Source: Synechococcus sp. (GTDB lineage: Bacteria > Cyanobacteriota > Cyanobacteriia > PCC-6307 > Cyanobiaceae). Taken from it: a stretch of DNA of 64,000 bases. Below are positions 1 through 9,912 of this stretch, piece by piece. The DNA is taken from NCBI GenBank assembly GCA_047284725.1, contig JBJBEO010000001.1:952203-1016202 (forward strand), written 5' to 3'. The notes under the pieces are model-generated. The model searched no databases and was not told the DNA's origin. It saw only the letters and a list, made by a program, of their open reading frames with translations. The number at the start of each line of letters is the position of its first letter. Position 1 is the first letter of the stretch. Made by a program: the position numbers and the translations under genes.

Positions 1-196
1 TCCAGGGCCGCCGGGCACAGCCGAGCAGGGCGAATTCACTGGGTAGCCTCCGCTGGAGAAACAACTCAAACAGTGCAGGCACAAGTTTGCGATGGGTGAG
101 GTCGCCGCTGGCCCCGAAGATCACCAGACATTGGGGCGCGATCACCCGTTCCTGCCTCAGTCCAACCCTTAAGGGGTTCGTCAACGTGGCGTTCAT
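1..196 (-). CDS. zwf: Glucose-6-phosphate 1-dehydrogenase, N-terminal part (runs off window)
   Basis: Manual translation from ATG at 196: [53 protein letters not shown]-binding motif; follows petH. Confidence 0.93.
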   Translation of the reverse strand, partial: MNATLTNPLRVGLRQERVIAPQCLVIFGASGDLTHRKLVPALFELFLQRRLPSEFALLGCARRPW

Positions 197-298
197 TGAT
201 CACGCAGCTCTGAAGAAGGTTTAACCAGGAATCTGCCGATGCACAGCGTCAGGCTTCGTCACCGCCATGAATTGTCTTTGTCTGCACAAAAAACCATC

Positions 299-326
299 AA
301 AAAAGCCCGCTCGAAGGCGGGCTTTT
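299..326 (-). terminator. Intrinsic terminator after petH
   Basis: AAAAGCCCGC-tcgaag-GCGGGCTTTT inverted repeat with T-run on the minus strand, about 20 nt past the petH stop. Confidence 0.8.
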
Positions 327-348
327 GAACCGTGATCGCTGGGATGGA

Positions 349-1536
<1,188 letters not shown>

Positions 1537-1693
1537 CTATCCACTAAACGGGGCGATCATAGGCGTGTTGGCTCTGGCCAATCCCTTTGTGTGTCGCTTG
1601 CTGCAACGGATTTGCACCGAGAGCCCCTTCCAAGGTGCTTGTTGAGCCTATTGTTCAGGCCAGGGTCAATCCACGAATCGAACCGTTTTCCTT

Positions 1694-2248
1694 TTGGCGT
1701 CGTCTGAAACCACTGTTGTTCTGCCAAGCAGTGCTTTGACTGGCTCTGGTGTTCGTCACCAAACCATCGAGCAGACCATGGAGCGTCTGCCCCAGGGAGC
1801 CCGCCGCCTGGCCGCCCAACTGCGGACGCCGCTCTCTGTTGCTTTGCTGTGGAAGGTGCTGACCGATTACGAAAACCTCAGCACGTTTATTCCCAATCTT
1901 GCCAGCAGCACTGTCTTGGACAAAACCGCAAACACGGTTCGTTTGGCGCAAGTTGGTAGCCAGCAATTGCTGGGGTTGAAGTTTTCAGCTCAAGTGGAGC
2001 TCGAGCTGACTGAGCACCCTGCAGATGGCTTGTTGCGGTTCCGCATGATCAAGGGGGATTTTCGTCGTTTTGAGGGCATGTGGCGGCTCCAGGCCTTGCC
2101 GGATGGCACGTCCCTGCTTTACGAACTCACTGTTCAGGGATGTCTCGGGATGCCGGTTGGTCTGATTGAGCAGAGGTTGCGGTCAGATCTCGCCGCAAAT
2201 CTGGTAGCTGTCGAGCAGGAAGCCCTGCGTCGTCAGTCCTCTTGTTAG
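1694..2248 (+). CDS. SRPBCC/polyketide cyclase-dehydrase family protein
   Basis: LWKVLTDYENLSTFIPNL and FRMIKGDFRRFEGMW are typical of the cyanobacterial SRPBCC family; start uncertain. Confidence 0.8.
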   Translation: MASSETTVVLPSSALTGSGVRHQTIEQTMERLPQGARRLAAQLRTPLSVALLWKVLTDYENLSTFIPNLASSTVLDKTANTVRLAQVGSQQLLGLKFSAQVELELTEHPADGLLRFRMIKGDFRRFEGMWRLQALPDGTSLLYELTVQGCLGMPVGLIEQRLRSDLAANLVAVEQEALRRQSSC

Positions 2249-2423
2249 ATGAAGGGTTGGGAGTAATAAAAACTGATCGTTAATCCAGATGATTTGGATG
2301 GCTTGATCTGAAGAATTTCAATCGCTTAAAAAGCTAAAAATTGATTTAAATCAAATAAAACTAATCAATCTATAGGCCTAACAATGCAAATGCCTTGTAA
2401 AGGACTTTAGTGTTGAAGATTAA

Positions 2424-2496
2424 TACCCCCAAGGGGATTCGAACCCCTGTCGCCTCCGTGAAAGGGAGGTGTCCTAGGCCTCTAGACGATGGGGGC
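2424..2496 (-). tRNA. trnE: tRNA-Glu (TTC)
   Basis: Reverse complement GCCCCCATCGTCTAGAGGCCTAGGACACCTCCCTTTCACGGAGGCGACAGGGGTTCGAATCCCCTTGGGGGTA; cloverleaf, GTTCGAATC T-loop, TTC anticodon; CCA not encoded. Confidence 0.97.
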
Positions 2497-2539
2497 GAGG
2501 CCGTGACCGAAACGCTTCTGTTCCGTGCACCTGATGAAA

Positions 2540-3805
2540 TTACGGGGCCGATGGACCCTCCGTCAAGACAGTGGTCGGATCGTGGTCTGGATTGAGTTGG
2601 TCCTGTCCCTGCCAGACCGGAACGGTGAAGAAAAAGCAGGCGCCTTCCCCGGGTGCGGAGACCACCCAGATCTTCCCTCCATGGACTTCGACAATGCGCC
2701 TGCACACGGACAGACCCACCCCGAACCCTGACGTTTCGCTGGAGGTTTGTGGCAAGCGAACGCGATCCAGGAAGATGCGTTGCTGTTCTTCCGAAGGGAT
2801 GCCAGGGCCGCTGTCGCAGATGCTGACCTGCAGCCACTGACTGGTGCGGTGCAGCATCGTGAGAGACAGTTTGCCGCCGTCCTGGGTGTACTTCAGGGCA
2901 TTCTCAAGCAGGTTGAGAAGCACCTGCCGCATGCGTCGCTGGTCGGCGTAGACCTTGGGAAGATCCGAGGGGATATCGGTATGTATGCCGACATTGCGGC
3001 CTAACCATTGCTTCTCCAGTTCCAGGATGGCTTCGGCCGCCACACTGGCCAGGTCAAGCTTCTGGGGGTTGAACATGGCCTCCCAGCGGGTGCTGCCCAC
3101 CTCCAGAAGATCTTTCGAAAGCAGTGCGATTTCCTCGAGGCGCCGTTTGAGCACATCCTGAAAACGGTTGAGATCGATCTGTCCCAGTTGCTGGCTTTGC
3201 AGAGCAAGCGTGGCAGCCGTTAACGGTGTGCGCAATTCATGGGCCACCATGCGCAGGAGCCGCTCTTGGGCCTGAAGGCGATCGATCAGGGTCTCGTTTT
3301 CCTGGCGCAGTACCAGGAGTTGATCTTCGAGTTGAAGCTCACGTTGGGTTCGGCTGCCATCAAGCTCCGTGGGCTTGAGGCTCAGTCCCAGGTCGCTTAC
3401 GACTTCATCCTGCTGCCAACGAGGCACCCAGCCACGAAGTTGCTGAAAGATGCTGCTGCCAGCGAAGACCTGTTTGGGAGCCGGTTGAAGCTTGATCAGT
3501 GCTGGTGTGACCACCAGACGGTGAAGTTCAAGCAGCTCGGGCTGGGAGGTGGGATCCGCGAGTTGCAGGGTGACATCAAATCCACAGTCCTCGCTCTCGA
3601 GAAACTGGATGAGGGATCGGATGTCTCCGCTCGAAAGATGGTGCCTGCTGGCGACCAGTAGCAGCTTCAGGGGCTGGCGCGGAGTGGGAGCGCTCCCATC
3701 CAAAGGTCTGAAAGCCGCAATGTTGAGACTCACCTTATGGGGTTTTGCCACCCTGTATGGATTCGCTATGACGAAGCTGAACAGACTGTTGTCTTGCAGG
3801 GCCAT
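2540..3805 (-). CDS. sasA: Circadian output sensor histidine kinase SasA (true start probably near 3700)
   Basis: KaiB-like N-domain ([19 protein letters not shown]), H-box AHELRTPL, N-box [10 protein letters not shown] boxes DSGPGI and GFGVGL. Confidence 0.92.
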   Translation of the reverse strand: MALQDNSLFSFVIANPYRVAKPHKVSLNIAAFRPLDGSAPTPRQPLKLLLVASRHHLSSGDIRSLIQFLESEDCGFDVTLQLADPTSQPELLELHRLVVTPALIKLQPAPKQVFAGSSIFQQLRGWVPRWQQDEVVSDLGLSLKPTELDGSRTQRELQLEDQLLVLRQENETLIDRLQAQERLLRMVAHELRTPLTAATLALQSQQLGQIDLNRFQDVLKRRLEEIALLSKDLLEVGSTRWEAMFNPQKLDLASVAAEAILELEKQWLGRNVGIHTDIPSDLPKVYADQRRMRQVLLNLLENALKYTQDGGKLSLTMLHRTSQWLQVSICDSGPGIPSEEQQRIFLDRVRLPQTSSETSGFGVGLSVCRRIVEVHGGKIWVVSAPGEGACFFFTVPVWQGQDQLNPDHDPTTVLTEGPSAP

Positions 3806-3807
3806 TT

Positions 3808-4380
3808 ATGCCGTTACTCCCGCTTGAGAGACGGGGTGCCCAGCATCCCCCCACGGGCTCACCACCCAGTGAACGCTTCAACCTTGACAGCAATTTGAGG
3901 CGTTGGTTCGCACGCAACCTTGGAACCTGGCGTTCGAGACGCCAATACATTTTCCATGATGAGGAGGTCCTCTACCTCGACATGGTGATTCGGGTGGAGA
4001 TTTTTGCGGAATCCGCCGTTGGTGCGCCCCGGTATCGGTTCAGTTGGTGGCCTGAAAAGGAGACCGATTTCTTTGATCGCAAGCCTCGCTATGAGCGTCA
4101 AGGCGTCATGGAGTCGACTTTGCTGGGGCACCAGCTCCAGCGCGACAGGGCTTATCTCGAAGACATTCCTGTGCGTAGTCAGATTCGCCAGGTTGATGAG
4201 CACGAAGTGGTGTTTGAATCGCACTACGCCGACTGGCATGTGCTGGAGCACACCCGTCTGATCGATCAAGACCGATACCGCTCGCGGGCCATCTACAGCT
4301 GGCAGAAAGGTGATCTGGCCATTGTTGAGCACCATCACGAAACAAGGCTGGAAGACGCTTCTGAGCCGATCGCGGCCTGA
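3808..4380 (+). CDS. Conserved hypothetical protein, possibly CpcS/CpeS-like beta-barrel
   Basis: 190-aa ORF with natural composition; WFARNLGTWRSRR and EHTRLIDQDRYRSR...ETR echo S-type lyase motifs (inference). Confidence 0.65.
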   Translation: MPLLPLERRGAQHPPTGSPPSERFNLDSNLRRWFARNLGTWRSRRQYIFHDEEVLYLDMVIRVEIFAESAVGAPRYRFSWWPEKETDFFDRKPRYERQGVMESTLLGHQLQRDRAYLEDIPVRSQIRQVDEHEVVFESHYADWHVLEHTRLIDQDRYRSRAIYSWQKGDLAIVEHHHETRLEDASEPIAA

Positions 4381-4477
4381 ACGGCGAACACACTGATCTG
4401 ACCGCATCAGCGGGTCGGATCAGACTTGGTCATCGATTGATTGGTGAAACACCCCTGAGATACGGCACGATGGTGCG

Positions 4478-4915
4478 GTGATTCGATTCGGTCAGTTGTT
4501 TACGTTCTCCCGCAGTGCACGTCTGCTGTTGTCAGCTTCACTGGCGCTGACTCCCTTCGCGTTGTCCACGCCTGCTGCTCAGGCGCAGCAGGCCAATGCC
4601 GCTAAACCAGCTGCTCCAGAAGACATCGTCCTCTATCGGGGTGTGGGGTCGTCGTACGTCTGCAACGCCCGGGCTGCAAAGGTTGAATTCCCCAAAGCTG
4701 TCGGTATCGCTGCGGCTACCTATGTCCAACTCCTTAACGGACGCCATGGTGGAAAGGTTGAGTCTGCAGGCAGCAAGAAGCTCACCAATGAGCAGCTGTT
4801 TGCGGGGGCTGAATTTCAGATCATCACAGGAGCCATGCAGTTCTGCCCAGACGAGGTCCCTGCGGATGTGAAGTCAAAAGTTGAGGCTGCGATCAAGAAA
4901 CAAAACGCCAACTGA
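4478..4915 (+). CDS. Secreted conserved hypothetical protein
   Basis: Signal peptide ending PAAQA; two Cys; followed by a strong terminator. Confidence 0.75.
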   Translation: MIRFGQLFTFSRSARLLLSASLALTPFALSTPAAQAQQANAAKPAAPEDIVLYRGVGSSYVCNARAAKVEFPKAVGIAAATYVQLLNGRHGGKVESAGSKKLTNEQLFAGAEFQIITGAMQFCPDEVPADVKSKVEAAIKKQNAN

Positions 4916-4929
4916 AGTCTGGAGATCCG

Positions 4930-4967
4930 GCCCCATCGTTGCCCTTACGGCAGCGATGGGGCTTTTT
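4930..4967 (+). terminator. Intrinsic terminator
   Basis: GCCCCATCGTTGCC-cttac-GGCAGCGATGGGGC followed by TTTTT. Confidence 0.85.
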
Positions 4968-5061
4968 GTTGCCCATGGCGCATCGTCTGAGCCTTCCCCA
5001 GGAATGAGTGCCACGACAGGGGATGGAGACGCGTCAGGATCACTGCAGTGATCGGTTCTCC

Positions 5062-7680
5062 ATGGCTGCAGGTTCCACCGTTCGTCTCGCTGATTACCAG
5101 CCTTATCCCTTCAAGGTGGCCACTGTTTATCTGGATGTTCAGGTGCAGGAGCGGTTGGTGCAGATCACCAGCACCATGGCCGTGGAGCCTCGCCGCGCAG
5201 GATCTTCAGAACCGATGCTCCTGCGCGGCGAGGGGTTGGACCTTGTCGAGATTTCTCTTGATGGACAGCCCTTGGATGCCAGTCGTTATCGCCTGGATGA
5301 TCAGGCTCTCGAGGTGCATCAACCTCCTGCGCAAGCCTTTGAACTGAAGACGGTTTGTCGCCTTGACCCATTTGCCAATGCCTCTCTGGAGGGGCTCTAT
5401 GCCAGTGGGGGCATGCTCACGACCCAATGCGAGGCGGAGGGTTTCCGGCGGATCACCTTTCATCCCGATCGCCCTGACGTCCTTAGCCGTTATCGCGTAC
5501 GCATTGAAGCCGATCGACAGCACTACCCGGTCTTGCTGTCCAATGGCAACCTGATCCGTGCTGGAGTCCTTGATTCTGATTCCGGACGCCATGAGGCGAT
5601 CTGGGACGATCCCTTCCCCAAGCCCTCCTATCTCTTTGCCCTTGTTGCCGGTGATCTGCGCGAGGTGCATGACCGTTTCACGACGGCCTCCGGCCGCGAG
5701 GTGGCTCTTCGCTTGCATGTGGAACCCGGAGACGAACCATTCACGGCCCATGCCATGGCCTCGCTGCAACGGTCGATGGCCTGGGATGAGCAGGTCTATG
5801 GCCTCGAATATGACCTCGAGGAGTTCAACACCGTTGCAGTGCGCCACTTCAACATGGGCGCGATGGAGAACAAGAGTCTCAATATCTTCAACTCCAAGTT
5901 GGTGCTGGCCGATGCTGAAACAGCCACCGATGGGGAACTTGAACGGATTGAGAGCGTGGTGGCCCACGAGTACTTCCATAACTGGTCCGGCAATCGCATC
6001 ACCTGTCGCGATTGGTTCCAGCTTTCACTGAAAGAGGGGCTCACGGTGTTTCGCGATCAGTGTTTCACCGCTGATCTGCACTCACCGGCGTTGAAGCGCA
6101 TCGAAGATGCCGCGATGCTGCGCAACACCCAGTTCCGGGAAGATGCCGGGCCCACAGCCCATCCCGTCAAGCCTGATGCCTACCAGGCGATCGATAACTT
6201 CTACACCACCACGATTTATGAGAAAGGAGCCGAGTTGATCCGCATGCTCCAGACCTTGCTGGGACAAGCACGGTTCATGCGTGGCATGGCGTTGTACTTC
6301 CAGCGTCATGACGGAGAAGCCGCGACGACCAATGATTTCGTTGCCGCGATCGTGGAAGGGGCAACCCAGGATGGACAGCCCCTCGGGTTTGATCCCGTTC
6401 AATTCGAGCGCTGGTATCGCCAAGCCGGTACACCGATGGTGCAGGTGAAAAGAGTCTGGGAACGCCAGCAGGGTCGCCTGACCCTGACCTTCTGTCAACG
6501 CACGCCTCCGACGCCAGGCCAGCCTGAGAAGCAGGCCGTGGTGATTCCGGTGTTGTGGTCTGTCGTGGCAGCCGATGGAGGCCCTGGTGAGGAACAGTTG
6601 TTGGTGCTTGATCAGCCGGAACAAACGGTGGTCCTCGAGGGTCTGCCACCCACAGATCAACCTCCAGCCCTGTCGCTGTTCCGGCAGTTTTCAGCACCGG
6701 TGCAATGGCAGGCCGATCAGACCCCAGAGGAGTTGTTTCATCTGTTTGCTTACGACAACGATGCGTTTGCCAGGTGGAATGCAGGCCAGCAGCTTTGGCA
6801 GAGCATGCTGCTGGCAAGGGCAGAGGGGTCTGCGGATGCCGCTCTGGAGCAGCAGATGCTGGCAGCCCTGAAGGTGATGCTTTGCGATAAGGGGGAGCAG
6901 GACGCAGCGGTGCTCGCCACGTTGCTCAGTTTCCCTGGTACTCCAGAACTGGAGGCTCTTCAGAGTGTTGCCGATCCCTTGTCGCTGTATCTGGCGGGCT
7001 GTGCCTTGCGGGAACAGCTCGGCCGTGGACTTCAGCCTGAGCTGAGACAGCGTCTTGCGCAGCTGCAACCGCACCTCGATCAGGCCTGGCCTGCCGGGCA
7101 AGGAGAACGGCAACTCACCGGCGTGATCTGGAGTTGGTTGGCAGCAGCGGGAGATCAGGCCGTGCTTGATCAGGCCCTGGCAGCGGTGACTGGCCCCTCG
7201 ATGACGATGTCGCGCTCAGCGTTGCGGGCCCTCCAACCGCTTGACGTGACCCAAAGAGAGGTGGCTCTTCAGCATTTTCATGATCGCTGGCAGGAGCGGC
7301 CGGTCATTTTTGATAGTTGGTTCGCTCTGGAGGCCTCGACCCCAAGGGAGGATGGTTTGGATCGGATTCAGGCCCTGCTCCAGCATCCTCGCTTCGATCC
7401 GATGGCTCCGAATGCAGTGCGGGCCGTGCTGGGGGGATTGGCCGGCAATCCCGTTGTCTTTCATGCCCTCGATGGTCGCGGCTATCGCCTGATGGCCGAA
7501 CAGATCATTGCGGTGGATCAGCGCAATGCAATCACGGCATCACGGATGGCGAAGGTGTTCAGCCGTTGGCGTTGTTACAGCCCAACCCGTCAGGCACAGG
7601 TTCGGGAGGCCCTCGCCTTGCTGGAGTCGGCGAAGTTGTCGACCAACACCCGTGAGGTGGTGGCCATGATGACCGCCTGA
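5062..7680 (+). CDS. pepN: Aminopeptidase N (M1 family)
   Basis: TQCEAEGFRRIT, GAMEN, HEYFH zinc motif, LSLKEGLT, YEKGAE; start set to ATG 5062. Confidence 0.96.
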   Translation: MAAGSTVRLADYQPYPFKVATVYLDVQVQERLVQITSTMAVEPRRAGSSEPMLLRGEGLDLVEISLDGQPLDASRYRLDDQALEVHQPPAQAFELKTVCRLDPFANASLEGLYASGGMLTTQCEAEGFRRITFHPDRPDVLSRYRVRIEADRQHYPVLLSNGNLIRAGVLDSDSGRHEAIWDDPFPKPSYLFALVAGDLREVHDRFTTASGREVALRLHVEPGDEPFTAHAMASLQRSMAWDEQVYGLEYDLEEFNTVAVRHFNMGAMENKSLNIFNSKLVLADAETATDGELERIESVVAHEYFHNWSGNRITCRDWFQLSLKEGLTVFRDQCFTADLHSPALKRIEDAAMLRNTQFREDAGPTAHPVKPDAYQAIDNFYTTTIYEKGAELIRMLQTLLGQARFMRGMALYFQRHDGEAATTNDFVAAIVEGATQDGQPLGFDPVQFERWYRQAGTPMVQVKRVWERQQGRLTLTFCQRTPPTPGQPEKQAVVIPVLWSVVAADGGPGEEQLLVLDQPEQTVVLEGLPPTDQPPALSLFRQFSAPVQWQADQTPEELFHLFAYDNDAFARWNAGQQLWQSMLLARAEGSADAALEQQMLAALKVMLCDKGEQDAAVLATLLSFPGTPELEALQSVADPLSLYLAGCALREQLGRGLQPELRQRLAQLQPHLDQAWPAGQGERQLTGVIWSWLAAAGDQAVLDQALAAVTGPSMTMSRSALRALQPLDVTQREVALQHFHDRWQERPVIFDSWFALEASTPREDGLDRIQALLQHPRFDPMAPNAVRAVLGGLAGNPVVFHALDGRGYRLMAEQIIAVDQRNAITASRMAKVFSRWRCYSPTRQAQVREALALLESAKLSTNTREVVAMMTA

Positions 7681-7737
7681 TCGCGGAGTTTTCCCCAGAT
7701 GGGTTGGGCGCGGCACCGCCTGGCCCCTCTTTTCCAC

Positions 7738-7761
7738 AAAAAAGCCGGTCGCGAGACCGGC
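7738..7761 (-). terminator. Orphan intrinsic terminator on the minus strand
   Basis: Plus strand AAAAAA-GCCGGTC-gcga-GACCGGC, i.e. 7-bp GC stem plus U6 on the minus strand. Confidence 0.6.
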
Positions 7762-8061
7762 CGGGTGATGGGGATTTCCACAGTTTATCCTGCTGCGGGG
7801 CTGAGTGGAGGCTTTTCAGCGCGTTTTGCCCTTGGATGTCTCGTTTCTCCACAGGCGGAGTCTGGGGAGGGGGTGAGGGGTGTTTTTGATGGCGGTTGCC
7901 AGGCAGTTAGAGGTTCTTCCAGGCAGTCAAAGGTTCTGGTCTCAATGCTGCTGATTGATCTGTGGATTGCGATCAGCGTCACTCTGCGAATTCTGAACTG
8001 ATTGTTGTCTGGCCGGTTTGGTGAGTCTCGGCAGTCAATGGAGGCTTGACTTCGTGTTTGA

Positions 8062-8084
8062 AGTTATGCATGCCTTGCATAACT
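8062..8084. promoter_or_regulatory. Perfect inverted repeat upstream of abrB (candidate operator)
   Basis: AGTTATGCA-tgcct-TGCATAACT, about 45 nt before the ATG. Confidence 0.55.
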
Positions 8085-8128
8085 AACGCGTGAGTGTGTA
8101 TGTTTCATGTAATTCATCATCGAAAAGA

Positions 8129-8524
8129 ATGCTCACTGGATCGGACCTGCTTGCCAAGGTGAAAGAGCTTGGCGATGTCTCCAAGACTGATCTGGCAACT
8201 GCTTGTGGCTACGTCTCCGATAAGAAAGACGGTGGTCAGCGCGTGAATTTCACGGCCTTCTATGAGGCGCTTCTCAATGCCAAGGGAATTGATCTGGGCG
8301 CAGGAACGAAAGGAATTGGCAAGGGCGGTCGCAAGCTCTCCTACGTGGCCACTGTGCAGGGAAATGGCAACCTTCTGATTGGTAAGGCCTACACCGCCAT
8401 GCTCAACCTCGAGCCCGGCGATGAGTTTGAAATCAAGCTTGGGAAGAAAGCCATTCGTTTAATCCCTACCGGAGCAGCTGCCACCCACAGCGACAGTGCG
8501 GCCATGGAGGACGGCGAAGAGTGA
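8129..8524 (+). CDS. Cyanobacterial AbrB-family transcriptional regulator (cyAbrB)
   Basis: LTGSDLLAKVKEL...ACGY...FYEALLNAKG and GRKLSY..VQGNGNLLIGKAYT..L.PGDEFEIKLG. Confidence 0.92.
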   Translation: MLTGSDLLAKVKELGDVSKTDLATACGYVSDKKDGGQRVNFTAFYEALLNAKGIDLGAGTKGIGKGGRKLSYVATVQGNGNLLIGKAYTAMLNLEPGDEFEIKLGKKAIRLIPTGAAATHSDSAAMEDGEE

Positions 8525-8554
8525 GCCTCTGTGCTCCAGACACTTCTCATGATC

Positions 8555-8580
8555 AGCCCCGCTTCACGGCGGGGCTTTTT
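8555..8580 (+). terminator. Intrinsic terminator after abrB
   Basis: AGCCCCGC-ttcacg-GCGGGGCT followed by TTTT. Confidence 0.85.
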
Positions 8581-8613
8581 GTTGGCTTCGCTTGGTTTGG
8601 CACGTTGTCCTGA

Positions 8614-9912
8614 TCAGGGATTGGTGCCCAGCTTGATCAAGGCTTTTCGTCTGAACTCCCCGCCCTCTTTGCCAGCATGAGCGCCCCAAAGTCCTTCCCA
8701 GTAGAAAAAGATGATTCCATAACCCCGTTCTCGACTGAGACGCACTTTCTCGGTCAAGACGGGGATGGATGTGGTGCGGTCACCAAAGCCAGCCAGGATG
8801 CCGATTTGGACGGGGATGCCCCATTGCCGCGCTTTGCGTAGAGCTGGCTGGTCGAGGTCTTTGGCGAATCCCTGGAGGGAATAGGCGTAGTTCTGAACGA
8901 CGAGATCATCGATGAGTTCACCGACGGCCCACAGTTCCCAATCCTGAAGCCAGTGGTTGTAAGCGAACCGAAAGGGGCCCGGAGACAGGGAGATGCGTCG
9001 TGGTAATCCCTCCTGCTTGAGGCGCTGGCGCAGTTCCCGCAACAAACCTGTGAGTTTTCGGCGCCTCCAGGTCATCCAGGTGCGATTGGTGTGGTCGGCA
9101 GGGGGGTGAACCCCGGTTTCTTGCTGGTAGAGCGTCACCGTGTATGGGTCGTACCCCAGCTCCACAGGCCAAGCGAAATGGTCATCCAGCTGGATGCCAT
9201 GCACCGGGCAGCGTTGGAGCACTTCCACCACTAAGCCGATGAATCGTTCTTTCACCTCTGGATGGGCTGGGTTGAGCCACACCATCTCCTTGCCATGCAT
9301 CCTGACCACAGGGTTGCCATTGGCCTTGGCCAGAACCCAGTCAGGGTTGTTCAGAACGGCGTCTGAGTCGGCTGGTTGCATCAGGCCGTACTCAAACCAG
9401 GGCACCACCCTCATCCCTTGCTTGCGGGCTTCCAGGCTGAAGCTGCAGATGGGATCAATGTTGACCCCGGCCTTGGCCAAGGTCGGTTCCACAGGTGCAA
9501 AGCGGCTGGTATGAAACGTGGTGCCTCGACTCCACACATTGGGATAGATCGCGTTGAACCCTGCTTCTTTCAACTCAGCAACAGCTTGCTTGATGCGTTG
9601 ACGGTTGTAATAAACAGGGCTTGGGCTGTTGGTGATCCAGACCCCGAAGGTGCTGGCTGGTGGGGCGTTACTTGGTAATTCAGCTGCCCAAGCGCTTCGA
9701 GTGGCTGGGGGCTTTGTCCTCGCATGGCTTGGGAGCGACCCCAGGATGGGTTCCAATGCCACCAGTGAACCTGTCAACATCAACGTTCCTGCAGCGGAAC
9801 AGGCTCGCTTGCGAAGAGCACCTATCACACAGCGCTGCAAGTTGCTGATCGCATCAGCGGAACATGGAGCTGACGGAACTTTCTTCATGGATCCGCCAGA
9901 TCGCTTCTCCAA
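8614..9912 (-). CDS. Glycoside hydrolase-like family 10 (DUF187/YddW-like) protein
   Basis: GVWIT, GFNAIYPNVW, PWFEYG, WLNPAHPEV, GIQLDDHF, QDW motifs; start uncertain. Confidence 0.85.
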   Translation of the reverse strand: MEKRSGGSMKKVPSAPCSADAISNLQRCVIGALRKRACSAAGTLMLTGSLVALEPILGSLPSHARTKPPATRSAWAAELPSNAPPASTFGVWITNSPSPVYYNRQRIKQAVAELKEAGFNAIYPNVWSRGTTFHTSRFAPVEPTLAKAGVNIDPICSFSLEARKQGMRVVPWFEYGLMQPADSDAVLNNPDWVLAKANGNPVVRMHGKEMVWLNPAHPEVKERFIGLVVEVLQRCPVHGIQLDDHFAWPVELGYDPYTVTLYQQETGVHPPADHTNRTWMTWRRRKLTGLLRELRQRLKQEGLPRRISLSPGPFRFAYNHWLQDWELWAVGELIDDLVVQNYAYSLQGFAKDLDQPALRKARQWGIPVQIGILAGFGDRTTSIPVLTEKVRLSRERGYGIIFFYWEGLWGAHAGKEGGEFRRKALIKLGTNP

